From Thecamonas trahens ATCC 50062 (lineage: Eukaryota; Protista; Apusomonadida): a DNA stretch of 64,000 nt. Shown one piece after another: positions 31,354 to 43,263 of this stretch. Each line of letters begins with the position of its first letter. Position 1 is the stretch's first letter. The position numbers and the translations under genes were made by a program. The notes under the pieces are model-generated. The model worked only from the letters and a program-made list of their open reading frames with translations. It was not told the DNA's origin and searched no databases. Location of the stretch: contig NW_013657652.1 of NCBI RefSeq assembly GCF_000142905.1, positions 248,001-312,000 on the forward strand, written 5' to 3'.

Positions 31354-34300
31354 ATGTCGCGTGTCTTGGCCTGTTTGGCGTCATTGGCGTTGCTGGTTGC
31401 CACTGTTCGGCTGGCAGCCGCCGCCACGTGCTTCGACCTTCCGCCCGTCCTGCAGAACGACCCTGTGCAGAACGAGGCTGCAACAACGCCGTCGGTCGCT
31501 GCCATGTCATGGACGCCCAACTTGGTTGCTGGTGGGTGCAATGAGGCGTTGGAGGGCTACATCATTGACCTGGTGTTGCCCTCGCCTATGTCTCCTCTCG
31601 CTGCGCTGACCTCCTCGGCTCTCAACAGCTACACTATCACTGAGCTGGACCCTGGCCAGACTGCAGCCGGCTTCTTTCGGCCGTACGGCCAGTGGCCGTC
31701 AGACCAGGATGAAGGCAGCGACTTTGACCGCTTTTCTCGGTGCGGAGTTCTTGTCTCGCCGGATCGTACTACGACACAGGAACAACATCGTGCCTGCCGT
31801 GTGATGGCGATACCTATCGGGACAACTCTCAGTTTGGCACGCCATGTGTGGCATGTCCGCATGTTGGGAGCGGCGCCACGACGTCAGGCTCTGGAGCAGA
31901 CGAGCTCGACGACTGCATGTGCCCAGCCGGCTTTGGCCGAACCACGCCCACCGAACCGTGCGTCCAGTGCGCCGCCGGCACCTACCGCAGCGGCTTTGGT
32001 AATGAGATCTGCACCGAGTGCCCGGCCGGCACCGACTCTCCTGCTGGCGCCACCTCGCTCGCGCAGTGCGTCTGTCCTGCCGGTGATTACCTCGACGACC
32101 CTGGACCACCGAGCAAGATCTGCACCGCCTGTCCGATCGGGACATGGAAGGCTGCGCTGTCGGACGCAACGTCGTGCAACGAGTGCGATCTTGTGACAGA
32201 GACAACTGTCGGCAACAGTTCGACGTCTGCAGCTGCCTGCGTGTGCAAGGATGGCTATTTTCGCAACGCCACCTCGGGCGAGTGTGAGCTCTGTCCGCTT
32301 GGCAGCTACTCGGACTCGCTCAATGCCGGAAGCTGCACGGCGTGTCCAGAAGGCTTTACCACGCTTGACGAGGGCGCAACCTCGGCTGCTGCGTGTGCGG
32401 TGTGTGCGCCTGGGCGGTTTGGTGCCGACTGCAGCGGCCTGTGTGCATGCGCCGACGGGACCCTGTGCATCGACGGCTTGACAGGTTCCGGCAACTGTAC
32501 CTGCTCGTCCGGCTCGGGACTCTCGGGACCTAGTTGCGACCAATGCGAGGTTACTACCTACTACGGCCCGCACTGCAACATGACGGTCGAGTGCTTCTTT
32601 GGCCTGCCCTCGTTTGGCTTTTTGGGCACCGGCACATGCGTGGCGTGCCACGCCGACCGCTACGACCACTCGGCTGACAATCGATGCACGACCTGCGCGC
32701 CGAACAACTCTGGGGTCGACTGTCGGACGTGTCTCGCCGGCTCGGGCGTGAATCCGGCCGACGTCGGCGGTTTGTGCACGCCGTGCTCGCCCGGGCGGTT
32801 CAACCCAAGCGCACGCATGGGCGCGCCATGCCAGCAGTGCGCGCCGGGCTCGTTCTCAACTCAGCCACGTGCAACAGGGTGCGAGCTTTGCGCCCGCGGC
32901 GAGTACCAGCCGTCGCCTGGTGCGGTGGGATGCCTGCCGTGCGGCCTCGGAATGACGACGGGAGCCGCCGGTGCGGCAGATATCTTTGCGTGCAGCCCGT
33001 GCCCGGAGAACACGTTCAAGGACGTGGTCGGCGCCGGTGTCTGCCTCCAGTGTCCGGGCAACCAGACGACGGACGGCGAGACCGGCGCAAGCGTGCCCAC
33101 CGCCTGCGGGTGCCCGCCCGGCGAGGGTGGCGGCGAGCTTGCCGGCGTTCCGACGTGTCTCCCGTGCACACCCGGATATGTCTCGCAGTCGCACGGGACT
33201 CAGCCGTGCACGATCTGCCCGCGTGGTACTACGTGGGCGTCGGCGTCGGCCGGATGCCTCCCGTGTCCGTTTGGTGGCTACTGCACCGGCGGCGCGGCGC
33301 GCCCTGTTCCGGACAACGGGTTCCATCCTGTGCCTGGTCTCCCGCTATCGGCGGCGGTCTTTGAGCCGTGCACACCGGCCCGTGTTTGCCTCCGCGGCGG
33401 GCTCTGCCGGGACGGCCACGGCGGTACACGGTGTGCGTTCTGCCTCGACGGCTGGGTCAAGAATCCGCAAACAGGCGTGTGCGAAAAGTGCCCGTCGTCG
33501 ATTCCGTACATCTTTGTCGGCATTGCGCTCCTTGGCGGCATTCTCTGCCTGCTCCTGGTCAAGCTTGCCCGGAAGAACACGGCGTTCTTTACCGCGGCCT
33601 CGGTCGGGTTCAACTACTTGCAACTCATTGCCATTCTCTCGTCGTTCAACATCAAGTGGCCAAGCTGGACGCAGCGATTCTTTGAGGTGCTCTCGGCGGC
33701 CAACATTGACCTGCAGCTGTTCAAGCCCGAGTGTCTGGTCTCCAACTCGTCGGAAGCGTACACCACCATTTGGATCATCAAGCTCTGCGCGCCGTGGTTT
33801 TTGCTTTCTTTGTTCCTCATCGGCTTTGGAGCATACAAGCTGTACGCGCAACTCCGGGGCGTGGCGCCGATTGTGCAGGCGTCGATGAAGTACGCGTTCA
33901 CCAACGCGGCGGTCATGGCCATGTTTGTCATGTACCTGCTGGTGACCAACACCGCGTTGGAGATCTTCCCTTGCACCAAGCAGGTCGATGGCAAGCACAC
34001 GATGAACCGCGAGCCATCGATTCGGTGTTACGAGGGCAGGTGGAACAAGCTCCTTGCCGGCTCGCTCGTCACCATGATCATGTTCTCGCTCTTTATGCCG
34101 GCAGCTGTTGCGTTTGTCCTCTACCGGCGGCGGTTCAACCTGTGGAAGCGAAAGAACCTCTCGCGGTTCGGCCTCCTCTACCTCCGCTACCGGCCGCAGT
34201 TTTACTTTTTCGAGATTGCTGTCCTCTGCCGCAAGTTTGGCGTCGTCTTTGGCAAAGTGGTGTTTTCGTTCTCGGTGGTGGGCCAGGTGGTGACCGCCAT

Positions 34301-35312
34301 GTTGGTCGTTTCTGCCTCGCTGATTCTTCAGCTCAAGAGCCACCCGTACGCCACGATGCGGATCAACCGGCTGGAAGTGCTCATGCTCTCGTGCGCCACG
34401 CTTGTTCTCACGGTGGCGTTTGGCTACGCGCTCGCCGATGGCGACCTGTCGACGGCGACGGCGACGTTGCTTGGCGTCGTTCTTATTGTAGTTGTCTGCG
34501 CCACGGTCTTGGTCATTGTCATCTGCATCATCCTCGAGATCCGCAAGACGTACCGGCTCATTCAGCATGGGCTCGTCGGGCGGTACGTGGTCGATCGGCT
34601 AGATGTATGGCAGCCGTTCTTTGATGCCGAGCTGCACTTGCTCTCGCACACACAGAAGCCGGACGAAGGTGGCTCGCAGGTTGCGGGCTCGTCGATTGTG
34701 ATGACGTTTGCGTCGGAAAAGCCGGTCCAGCTGGTGTGCGAGATCTTCCTCGAGTCTGTAATTACTCGGCGCACAGATGCGTCCAAGGACCGCTTGGCGG
34801 CCGACCTGTCGCCGCTGTGGCAGCCCAAGGCACAGCGCGTCGACGTCTCGGCCGACCTTCGGCTGCACACAGTGGTAATGCGTGCGCCGCGGCCCGGGCA
34901 CTATGTGGCGACATTTGCCGTGGTCGACTGCAGCGATGGCGTTGACGCCAGAGCGCGCCGGGTGTCGAACACGGACATGGAGCGACAGTCGCGCTGGCAC
35001 AAATGGTGGTCATCGTTTGTGGCGTTTGTGGACGGGTCGGTGACCGACCAGGCACACGCACCGTCGATGGTGCGGGCTATGATGATCGACGGCGCCGAGC
35101 GGGTGATCCGGTTCCGGGTCACTGCATCGCCAGAGTGGGAGGCAACCGATGCTATGGTCGGGTCGAAGGTTGACCTCTCGCGCGGCGGCTCGTCGGGCGA
35201 GCTTGTCTCGGAGCAGCCGTGGGTCGAGGCCAGCGAGATGCATTCGATCACGACGATGGACGAAGCACAGCTCGACGCCCAGTTTGGCGGCCAGCTCGAG
35301 ACGTTTGCATGA
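31354..35312 (+). CDS. Large surface receptor-like protein: signal peptide, CxxCPxG(T/S)Y (GCC2/GCC3-like) and EGF-like repeats, multi-pass membrane C-terminus
   Basis: Many Cys repeats and at least 7 hydrophobic helices (YLQLIA, WP, FGLLYLRYRP..YFFE..RK, HPY..NRLE). Frameshift at about 31733 joins the two ORFs. Confidence 0.8.
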
Positions 35313-35437
35313 GTGCGTCACAGGCTGATGTGACTATTAAACCATTTCGGTGTTGCTCGGCAATCGTGGGACGCTGTGGCTGTGTGCGTGTGTGTGTGTG
35401 TGTCCACTCTGCACCGTCCAAGACATTTTCGTTCCAT

Positions 35438-36319
35438 TCATTCTGCTGTGACGACGACGGGCGGCTCGGGCGGCGCCTCGTGGTCCTTGTCGTGGTGGTG
35501 GTCGGCGTCGATGAAAAGCAGCGGGAACATACCGATGGCGCATCCGATGACGATGCCGACCATGGATGCTAGCATTTGTGTGGTGCGGGTGACGCGGAGG
35601 CGGAGCTGGGCAACCGAGAGGTGCGGGTCCTTGAGGCCCATCGAGTAGGCGACCGACTCGATGAAGCCGCCTGAGGCGATGCCCGAGACATCGGCAACCA
35701 TGTTGCCGAGGGCAGCCGAGGCGAGGGTGGAGATGCCGAGCGACTGGCCGATGGTGAGGTCAACAACTTCGCCCAGCGTGATCATCAGTGAGTTGTCGAC
35801 AATGCCAAAGCCGACAAACGGAATGGAAGAGCGAAGCGCATGCTGGATGAGCTGCTGGCGGGTGGGCGGTGGGACCGAGGCGTCGCGCGAGGCTGCGCCG
35901 CCAGCCGCCGGCTTGGATCCCATGCCGTCGCGTGGGAGAAACTTGCCGCGCGCCTCCCACCAGACTAGGAACTCGTCGCGGCTGATCGAGGCCGACGCGT
36001 TGACGTCGGCCTTGTTGAACTCGCGGACAGCCTGCGAGAGAGCCTCGGGCGCCGCGCCGGCGTTGAGCTCCGAGTAGAGCGCCTTAGTCAGGCGCGAGAG
36101 CACGGCCGGTGACAACGAGGCAACCAGCGTCGACATGAGCTCCGGATGCGCCTCCAGCTCGCGGGCAACCCGGGCCATCTCGTCGCGCGAGCCCGCGCTC
36201 TGTCCGCCAACAGCTGCCGTGCTTGCGCGTCGTCGGGCAGCCGAGGGGCAAGACACGGCGCCGGCGCGGACGAGGGCGAGGGTGCTCCGCAGGCCCGTTG
36301 CCCACCGTATGCCAAGCAT
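35438..36319 (-). CDS. TMEM65: TMEM65-like mitochondrial membrane protein with an EF-hand
   Basis: IPFVGFGIVDNSLMI..GE..D...ISTLASAALGNMVADV, GCAIGMFPL; EF-hand-like DVNASASISRDEF. Confidence 0.85.
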   Translation of the reverse strand: MLGIRWATGLRSTLALVRAGAVSCPSAARRRASTAAVGGQSAGSRDEMARVARELEAHPELMSTLVASLSPAVLSRLTKALYSELNAGAAPEALSQAVREFNKADVNASASISRDEFLVWWEARGKFLPRDGMGSKPAAGGAASRDASVPPPTRQQLIQHALRSSIPFVGFGIVDNSLMITLGEVVDLTIGQSLGISTLASAALGNMVADVSGIASGGFIESVAYSMGLKDPHLSVAQLRLRVTRTTQMLASMVGIVIGCAIGMFPLLFIDADHHHDKDHEAPPEPPVVVTAE

Positions 36320-36477
36320 TGCGGGTGTGGTGAGCGAGTGAGAGAGAGAAGGGGTGGTGGTTCGTGGAGGCTGCAGTGGTGGCAGCCGCAGCAGGGGTGG
36401 CTGGTTGGCTGGCTTGTCTCGTGAGGTGGCTTTGACCGTGTGGGACGAGGACAAAGGGTACACGTCTCACGCGGACC

Positions 36478-37537
36478 ATGACTGCGAGTTACGGGTCGTT
36501 TGAGCTGCAGGGAGTGCGCTTCTGTATGTTTGTTGGGAAGGAGGAGAGGGTGTGGGGTTGTTTGGGGAGGTTGTTGGGAGGGGAGGTTGTTGGGAGGGGA
36601 GGGGGGGGAGGGGGAGGGGGGTCAAGGGTTGTGATCACGATCAGGAACGACAGGGTAGCGGTTGCGGGGAGGGACGGGGGGACGGGGAGGGGAGGAGGAG
36701 TTGCCGGGAGGAGAGGAGGAGTGGAGGTGGAGTGCAACGGTAGAAGTAGGCTCCCAGGTGTGGCTGTGGTGTGATGCGGGAGGTGGGGGGAGCAAGGCGA
36801 GGGTGCGGGTAGTCCGAAAAAGGTCGTCATCTGGTGCCGTGTAGTCAGCATTCTACTGGTGGTGCAGGGCGGGGGTGGGGTGCTGGGGTGGGGAGATAGG
36901 GGCATTGCGGCATAGCGAGAGACTCACTAGAGCTTTGTACGTGTGCGTGGTTGTGCCTGCTTGCTTGTGGTGTGTGATAGTTGTGGGCGATGTTCTGGTG
37001 GCGCGTGCGTCGGATGACGGGTCGACACTGCCGTACCTGGGCAAGCTCGTGGCCATCGAGCTCGACGAGACCGGGTCTGTGGCGCTGGACATGCGGTGGT
37101 ACTACCGGCCAGAGGAGACGCAAGAGGGGCGGCAGTTCCACCACGGCAAAAAGGAGGTTTTCTCGTCGAACCACTACGACCGGGTGTACGTAGAGTCGAT
37201 CGAGTGCAAGGCGCTGGTTCTTGGCCTTGATCACTACCACGAGCTGCACCAGCGGCTGGCGGCACACTCGCGCGAGCTGGTGCAGGAGGGCGTGTCTGCG
37301 GACCATGTGTACTTTTGCAGACAACACTACCGAACGGATACCAACACCTTTGCGCCTGCACTCGACGTGTACTGCTCGTGCAAGCGGCCGTGTAACCCGG
37401 ACAAGCTGATGATTGCTTGCGACGCGTGTGACGACTGGATCCATGGCGAGTGCGCCGGCCTTGACGACAAGGGTATTGCGGCGCTTGACAACTATGTGTG
37501 CGACGCGTGCAAGAGCAAGAAAGCCAATGCTAGCTAG
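36478..37537 (+). CDS. BAH-PHD chromatin reader (EBS/SHL/EPR-1-like)
   Basis: BAH: VGD, PYLGK, RWYYRPEE, KEVFSSNHYD. PHD: YCSCKRPCNPDKLMIACDACDDWIHGEC...YVCDAC. Intron 36524-36980. Confidence 0.85.
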
Positions 37538-37566
37538 GTGCTGGCAGCATAAACAGGTTTGGAACT

Positions 37567-40481
37567 TCACTCGTTGTCGTCGTTGTCGTCGTCGCTGTCA
37601 TTGCCGGCGAGTGAGCAGCAGAACGCACCGCGCGGGCCGATGAACCGCAGCACGACCGGGAGAAGGACAAGACCATGGAGGAGGGCGAGGCAGAGGAGGC
37701 CAAAGTACATGTTGAAAAAGTGCGGAAAATGGCCGACTTGGAGAGCGCGAGTGGGAGGATGCCGATGATGGACGAGACAGCGCCAAAGAAGACCGACTTG
37801 CCGATGTGAGTGAGGGCAAACGTGGTCCGCTGCAGCCGGTCGACGTTACCTGGGAGGACCATGAAGGCGTGACCAACATGGGCCGAGTAGTCGACGGCAG
37901 CGCCGATGGAGACGACAAGATTGATGAGCGAGACTGAGTTGACCTGGATGTCGGCAATGTACATGACGGCAAAGAGACCGATGTCGACGAGGCCGACCAT
38001 GACAAGGACGACGGCGGCGGTGATCGGGTGCTTGACCATGATCGGGAGGACAATGGCGACGGCGACGGCGGCGAGAATGAGGTTGAGGACGACGCCTGGC
38101 ACCACAACCTCGTACTGCTCGGTAAAGATGTGTCGCGGGTGGTACGGCAGGATGCCGAGGCTGGCGTCGTCGCAGGCGCGGCGCATGGCGCGCATCGACG
38201 CCTTGTCGTCGGCAGTGTCAAAAACGGAGCGTGCCGTGAGCGCAAAGCGGAAAGAGTGGAGCGATGCGTTGTTGGTGGTGAGCAGGATGTCGCGCTCCAG
38301 CGAGTTGGTGTCCACAAAGTCGGCGAGCGCGGCGTAGAATGCGCCTTGCGGGATAGGAATGCCCGTTGCCGGATCGAGCGAGCCCGAGTACAGCGGCGAC
38401 GATGCAGCAAAGGCCTCAAATCGTGGCATCCACGAGCCGTAGTCGCCGAGGATCCATGGCGACGCAAGGAGGCTCGCGCGGAGCGCCATCAGTTGGCGCC
38501 ACACGCTCGGATCATGCCAAGGGCGCGGCTCGGTGGCGTAGAACTCGACGCGGAAGCCATCAGCGAAAAAGGCCTCATCGGCGTCAAACGCCTCGAGCAT
38601 GTACGAGCCGTCGGGCACAAGGAGCCGAAAGTCGAGTCCTTCCTTGACTTGGGTGGCGGCAAAGACTGAGAAGATGAACCAGCCGAGGAAGATGAGCAAA
38701 ATTGCGACGCCGATAGTACGCGAGGTGATAGCCGGCGTGTACACGCGGTCCATAAACTTGGAGATGAGGCCCGGATCGTCGGCGGCAGACGAGTCGTCAG
38801 ATGCATGGTCAAACTCAGCCTTGTCGGTGGCCGGGAGAGAAGGAAGCGGCGATAGGCCTGTCGCGGGCGGGTTCAGCGGCGAGATGCCCGACGAGGCCGA
38901 GGCCGAGGAAGATGAGGTAGACGATGCAGCCGGCGAGTCGTCCGAGCTGCTCACTGGCGGGCTCGACTCTTGTTGTTGTTTGCCGGCGCTCGACGACGAG
39001 GAGGACGGCGGACGCGGCAAGGACGACGACGACGACGACGAAGATGGCGACGACGATGACGACGAGGACGACGACGAGGTCGACTCTTGCTGCTCTGAGA
39101 GCGCGAGCGAGTGCATACCAATGCCTGGGTCGCCATGAGCAGCGAGCTCGTCCACGGGATCGTTGTAACCGTCGTGAGCGACTTGAGCCGACGGAGTCCG
39201 GGCGCACGGGCACCAGTCCCAGCGGCCTGCGTCGATGCGCCGCTCGTCGAGAGCAATGCAGGCGACGAAAAAGGTGATCTGCAGGACCCAGTCAAAGGCA
39301 ATGGCGACGCAGGCGTAGGAGCAAAAGATGGAGATGGCCGGGATGGGTGAGATGGAGCCGAGGGCAAAGGCAAGGAGGTCGGTGAGCGAGGTGGTGGTGA
39401 TGGTGATGCCTGCTGTGCGAAGGGCGCGGGCGACGCGCTCGGTGGGCGAGAGGCGGATGCCGCGGACTTGGGCGGCACGGCGCACATCGTCGACCGCACC
39501 GACAAGAATAAAGGCGTCATCGACGCCAATGCCGGCAAGGAGGAAGATGAGCATGTTGTTGATGGTGGCGTACTTGATGCCGAGTAGGAGGCAGGCACCA
39601 AAGCCCGAGACCATCGAGAGGATGACGTTGAAGACGGCGGCGAGGCCGAGCAGGCCGCGCGAGCGGATCTTAGACAGCTTGCCAAGCGCCAAAAGAGTAA
39701 ACGCAATCATGAGGAAGATGCCGACGGCAACGAGGACGATGTCACCCGAGACGGCGGACTCGACCTCAAACGAGACCGAGCGGTCGGTTCTACGGGTGAC
39801 AACAAAGTCGAGGCCAGCCGGAGTCGGCGCGTTGATAAAGGTCTTGAACGTGGCATCGGGCGTCGACTCGTAAACGGCATAAGTGATCTTGAGTGCGCGG
39901 GCCGAGAGGATGGTGCCATTGGCGGCGCGGACGACGCCGCCGAGGAGGGTGCTCAGCGCCGGTGCGCCGCCGAGGCTCTGCTCGATGGAGGTGAGCCGGG
40001 CGAGCCGGGCCGGCTCGCTGAGGGCCAGCAGCGCATCATACGCCGACGGCAACGGAGAGCCAAACAACGATCCGACCGAGATGGCATCGCAGGGCGCCGA
40101 GGGCGACGCCCGCGAGCACGTGGCCTGGAACGAGCCCGACTCGTAGGTGGCGGTGTAGAGCCGCCGGACAGCCTGCAGCCGGGCGGTAGTCAGAATCGAT
40201 TGACCGGCAGGAACATACAACAAGTACATCATGCGCTCCGGCTGGCGATAGTTGGCCTCAATGTACGCCTTGATGTCCTGTGCCCGCGAGTCGGGCGGCG
40301 CGTACAGCTTGGCGCCGTCCGACTCAAACTCGAATGAGGTGATCCACCCCACGATGAAGATGCCGAAGAAGATGACGGCTGCAGCGAGCGTAGCGCACGG
40401 CCGAGTCGCCACACGCCGACCGAGACCATAGAAGCCAGCAGCGAGCTTGCGCTCTACCGCTCGGGTGAACCGGAAGAACAT
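37567..40481 (-). CDS. Patched/NPC1-family RND protein with sterol-sensing domain
   Basis: GIGVDDAF, TSLTD..AF, GAAVDYSAH; two luminal domains each followed by TM clusters. Frameshift at about 37716; the corrected tail reads FFNMYFGLLCLALLHGLVLLPV. Confidence 0.88.
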
Positions 40482-41125
40482 GGGAGGTGACAAAGCAAGT
40501 CGAGGGTGTTAGGCCTCAGACAGTGACTGCTGACGAGACCAAAGCCGACGCGGTTTTGTGCAGAAATTGGTGCGGGACTTCTTTTCCCGTGGCGTCGGCA
40601 TATTGGATGGGGGTGACACATCAAGTCGACCTGTAAAGGCTGCAGTGAGGAGCCGAGGAGTGTGTATAGGCAAGCAAAAGGTCCGCTTTCTAACGCCATG
40701 GGTGGTGGGCTCAGATCTGGAGTATGCCGTACAGGAGCAAGCCCCGCAGGTAAAAGCCTCTCTCCAGGCTGCCGCGTCAGCCTCGTTCACTCGCACGCGC
40801 ACCGGGCCGCGACTCGCTTTCGTCCGGCAAGCGACGGCTGGCCACCCGCAGTCTGATCACTGCCTGCACAAAGGGCGACGAGGGGGCGATGATGGGCCTC
40901 AAGATCGGATTACTCTCGAAAGCCGACAGCTTGGCGATGCGGCTCGGCCGACGACGGCTTGGCGACTTGGCCGTGGTCAGCCGAGCCCGCGGTGCCCACA
41001 GTTGCCCGCGCCGGCCAGTGTGACCTCAGTAGCAGCAAGGTCGAGCGGGCGCGCCCAGGGGAGGCTGACCGAGCGTGGCGCACCGCACTCCTCCCGCCGC
41101 TGCTGCGGGCCGTGATAACGGCGGG

Positions 41126-42571
41126 ATGGACGAGCAGAGCACCACGGGCGAGATGCGTGGTATGGACGACTTTAACGCGAGCGCGCGGCGGTACACGAGT
41201 GTGCTCATGGCCTCGGCGGCGGCCATGGGTGCCGTCCACGCGTTGCTCCAGGCGCGGATGCGGGCCATGGCCGCCGCCCTTGGCGCCCCGCGGCTACAGG
41301 CGCCGTTCTCGCTGCCGTACGCCCTGCTGGTTGTTGTCCTCGCCGGTGCCGTCACAGGCTTTGCCGTCGGTCCCGCCAGGCAGGTCGTCGTGGCGCTGGC
41401 CGGTGGCCGGGCCAGTGGCGCCGCGGCGGCGCTGGCCGACGTCGTCGCCGCCGAGGCTGCGCTGGCGTCGGCGGTGGCCATGGCCGGCGCCGGCGCTCTG
41501 CTGCCGTTTGCCTACGTCTACGTCGAGGCCGACGGGTGCTGTGTGCGGTCGGCCGGATCGCGCGGGACGGCCGGACGCATCTACGAGGCGTCAGCAGTAA
41601 TGGTCCTTGCCGCCGCCGCCGCCCTCTCGCTGGCCTTTATGGCTGCCGACGGCGCCACTTCATCCGAGGCCTGGCTCGCGTCGGCGCTACGCGGGTGGAC
41701 TCTGGCCGGCTCGGCGCTGTTGCTGGTTGCGCTCTCGCGGGGCCTTTGGATGGCTCTGGTCGAGAGTTTGCGCGCGCTCACGACCGCGCTGGTCACGCTC
41801 TCGTCGCGACGTGCTCCGGTGGCTCCAGCCGCCGCCCGCGACATGGAGCGTGAGGCGTTGCTGCTTCGCGCAGAGCGAGCGCGGGCGCACGGTGATGAGG
41901 CTGCTGCTGTGGTTGCCGAAGCAGAAGCGGCAGCCCTGGCGGCGCCTGCCCGTCTACCGCCATCAGCGGCGGCGGCGGTCTGGGACGGCGCCCTCGCTTT
42001 AGGTCACATTGCACTTGTTCTCGGAACCCTTGCTGTGCCGGGTTTGTATGTGGCCCAACTCTCGCTCTACCTCGCCGCGCCCGACATTGACGATCACACG
42101 CCGGGCTACATCGAGGCACCGCGACCGGCACTGGCCGACTCGCTGCCGGCACCAATGACCGCGGTTGCTATGCTGTACATGAGCTGGCGGGCTTGGCTCG
42201 GGTGCTTTGAGCTCCCGGGCGTGCGGCAGGTACTCGGTGCAGGGCTCGCGCCGGGCTCTGCCGGCCGTGACGAGCTGGACCACGCTCTGGCGCGCGGCCA
42301 CTCGCGAACGGCAGTCGCCGTCTTTGACGCGGCATACATCAAGCACACTGTGTGCGTGGCGTACGCTGCGGTGCTCCTTTCGTCGGCGTCGATGCGGGTT
42401 CCGGCGCTCCTCGGCTTTGTCCCGCTGCCTGCCGCGAGCTCCGCTGGCGAACCGGACGTGCTCTCGGCCGCGGTAACAGCGTGGATCTTCAACCTCGGCT
42501 TTCTTGCGTCGATCGTCCCCAACGGCGTCTCGCTTTTCATGCGCTGGCTTCGTGACGTTGTCGACGAGTGA
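41126..42571 (+). CDS. Multi-pass membrane protein, possibly divergent LMBR1-like
   Basis: Several TM segments. LPFAYVYVE and LLSSA..V..LLG resemble LMBR1 motifs. Start uncertain. Confidence 0.5.
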   Translation: MDEQSTTGEMRGMDDFNASARRYTSVLMASAAAMGAVHALLQARMRAMAAALGAPRLQAPFSLPYALLVVVLAGAVTGFAVGPARQVVVALAGGRASGAAAALADVVAAEAALASAVAMAGAGALLPFAYVYVEADGCCVRSAGSRGTAGRIYEASAVMVLAAAAALSLAFMAADGATSSEAWLASALRGWTLAGSALLLVALSRGLWMALVESLRALTTALVTLSSRRAPVAPAAARDMEREALLLRAERARAHGDEAAAVVAEAEAAALAAPARLPPSAAAAVWDGALALGHIALVLGTLAVPGLYVAQLSLYLAAPDIDDHTPGYIEAPRPALADSLPAPMTAVAMLYMSWRAWLGCFELPGVRQVLGAGLAPGSAGRDELDHALARGHSRTAVAVFDAAYIKHTVCVAYAAVLLSSASMRVPALLGFVPLPAASSAGEPDVLSAAVTAWIFNLGFLASIVPNGVSLFMRWLRDVVDE

Positions 42572-42587
42572 CCTAGCAATCCTGTAA

Positions 42588-43263
42588 CCCTTAGCGGGGC
42601 GGTCTTTCGGACGCGTTGTCGCGCGTCTCAACGTGAACAACTTTATGATGCTTGACTTTCCGGTGGGAGGCGCGTCTCAACGTGAACAACTTTATGATGC
42701 TTGACTTTCCGGTAGGAGGCGCGCCTGCACATGATGGCGGCCAACACGTAGACGCCCGCCTGAAGGATGCCCGAGCTGCCGTCGCGGTGACGACCCCGAC
42801 GACCGGGAAGGAGAGCATGCCAGAGTTGAACACAGCGGCCAGACGGGAGAGCGCGAGGACGTCTTGCGACGAACGAGTTTGCCGGTCGGCATGGCCGCGC
42901 AAGTGGTGGCACACCATCTTGTACGGGATTGTGGACGCCGCGCTCATCAACGCGTACGCGCTCTACGCCGACGCGAGCCCATGCCCCGCCATGACTCGCG
43001 TGGCTTTTCTCTACGACATCATCGACGCCGTCGGCTCCGCGCCGTCGCGCAAGTGGAAGCGTCCCTCTGCAGCGGCTGCTCGTCATCACCACTTTTCCCC
43101 AACAAGCCGCCGTGGATCGCGACTTCCTCGCCTGCCGGATGAAACAAGCCCACCACTGCCCCTTGGCGACGACATATATGTAGTCGCCTTTTGTTTTCTG
43201 TTGTGGCCCACCAGTGGCCACAGCAGCCATCAACACATCGTACTACTCTTCTACGGCGATTGA
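42588..43263 (+). mobile_element. Degenerate piggyBac-like transposon fragment (transposase C-terminal part)
   Basis: RKWWHTILYGIVDAALINAYALY...MTRVAF is the typical piggyBac (DDE_Tnp_1_7) C-terminal motif. Possible left end GTAA|CCCTTAG at 42584-42594. Catalytic core missing. Confidence 0.7.
42621..42722. repeat. 49-bp direct tandem duplication
   Basis: gcgcgtctcaacgtgaacaactttatgatgcttgactttccggt(g/a)ggag occurs twice with one mismatch. Confidence 0.92.

Noticed and set aside
36921-36942. Possible microexon in the BAH-PHD intron (CTAG-AGCTTT-GTACGT)
   Set aside because: Inclusion creates an in-frame TAG or a frameshift; the single intron gives the correct frame.
40500-41120. ORFs between the Patched-like and LMBR1-like genes
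   Set aside because: No codon bias or motifs; treated as divergent promoter and UTR sequence.
42621-42722. Direct repeat considered as a CRISPR array
   Set aside because: Two adjacent copies with no spacer, in a eukaryotic context with no cas genes.
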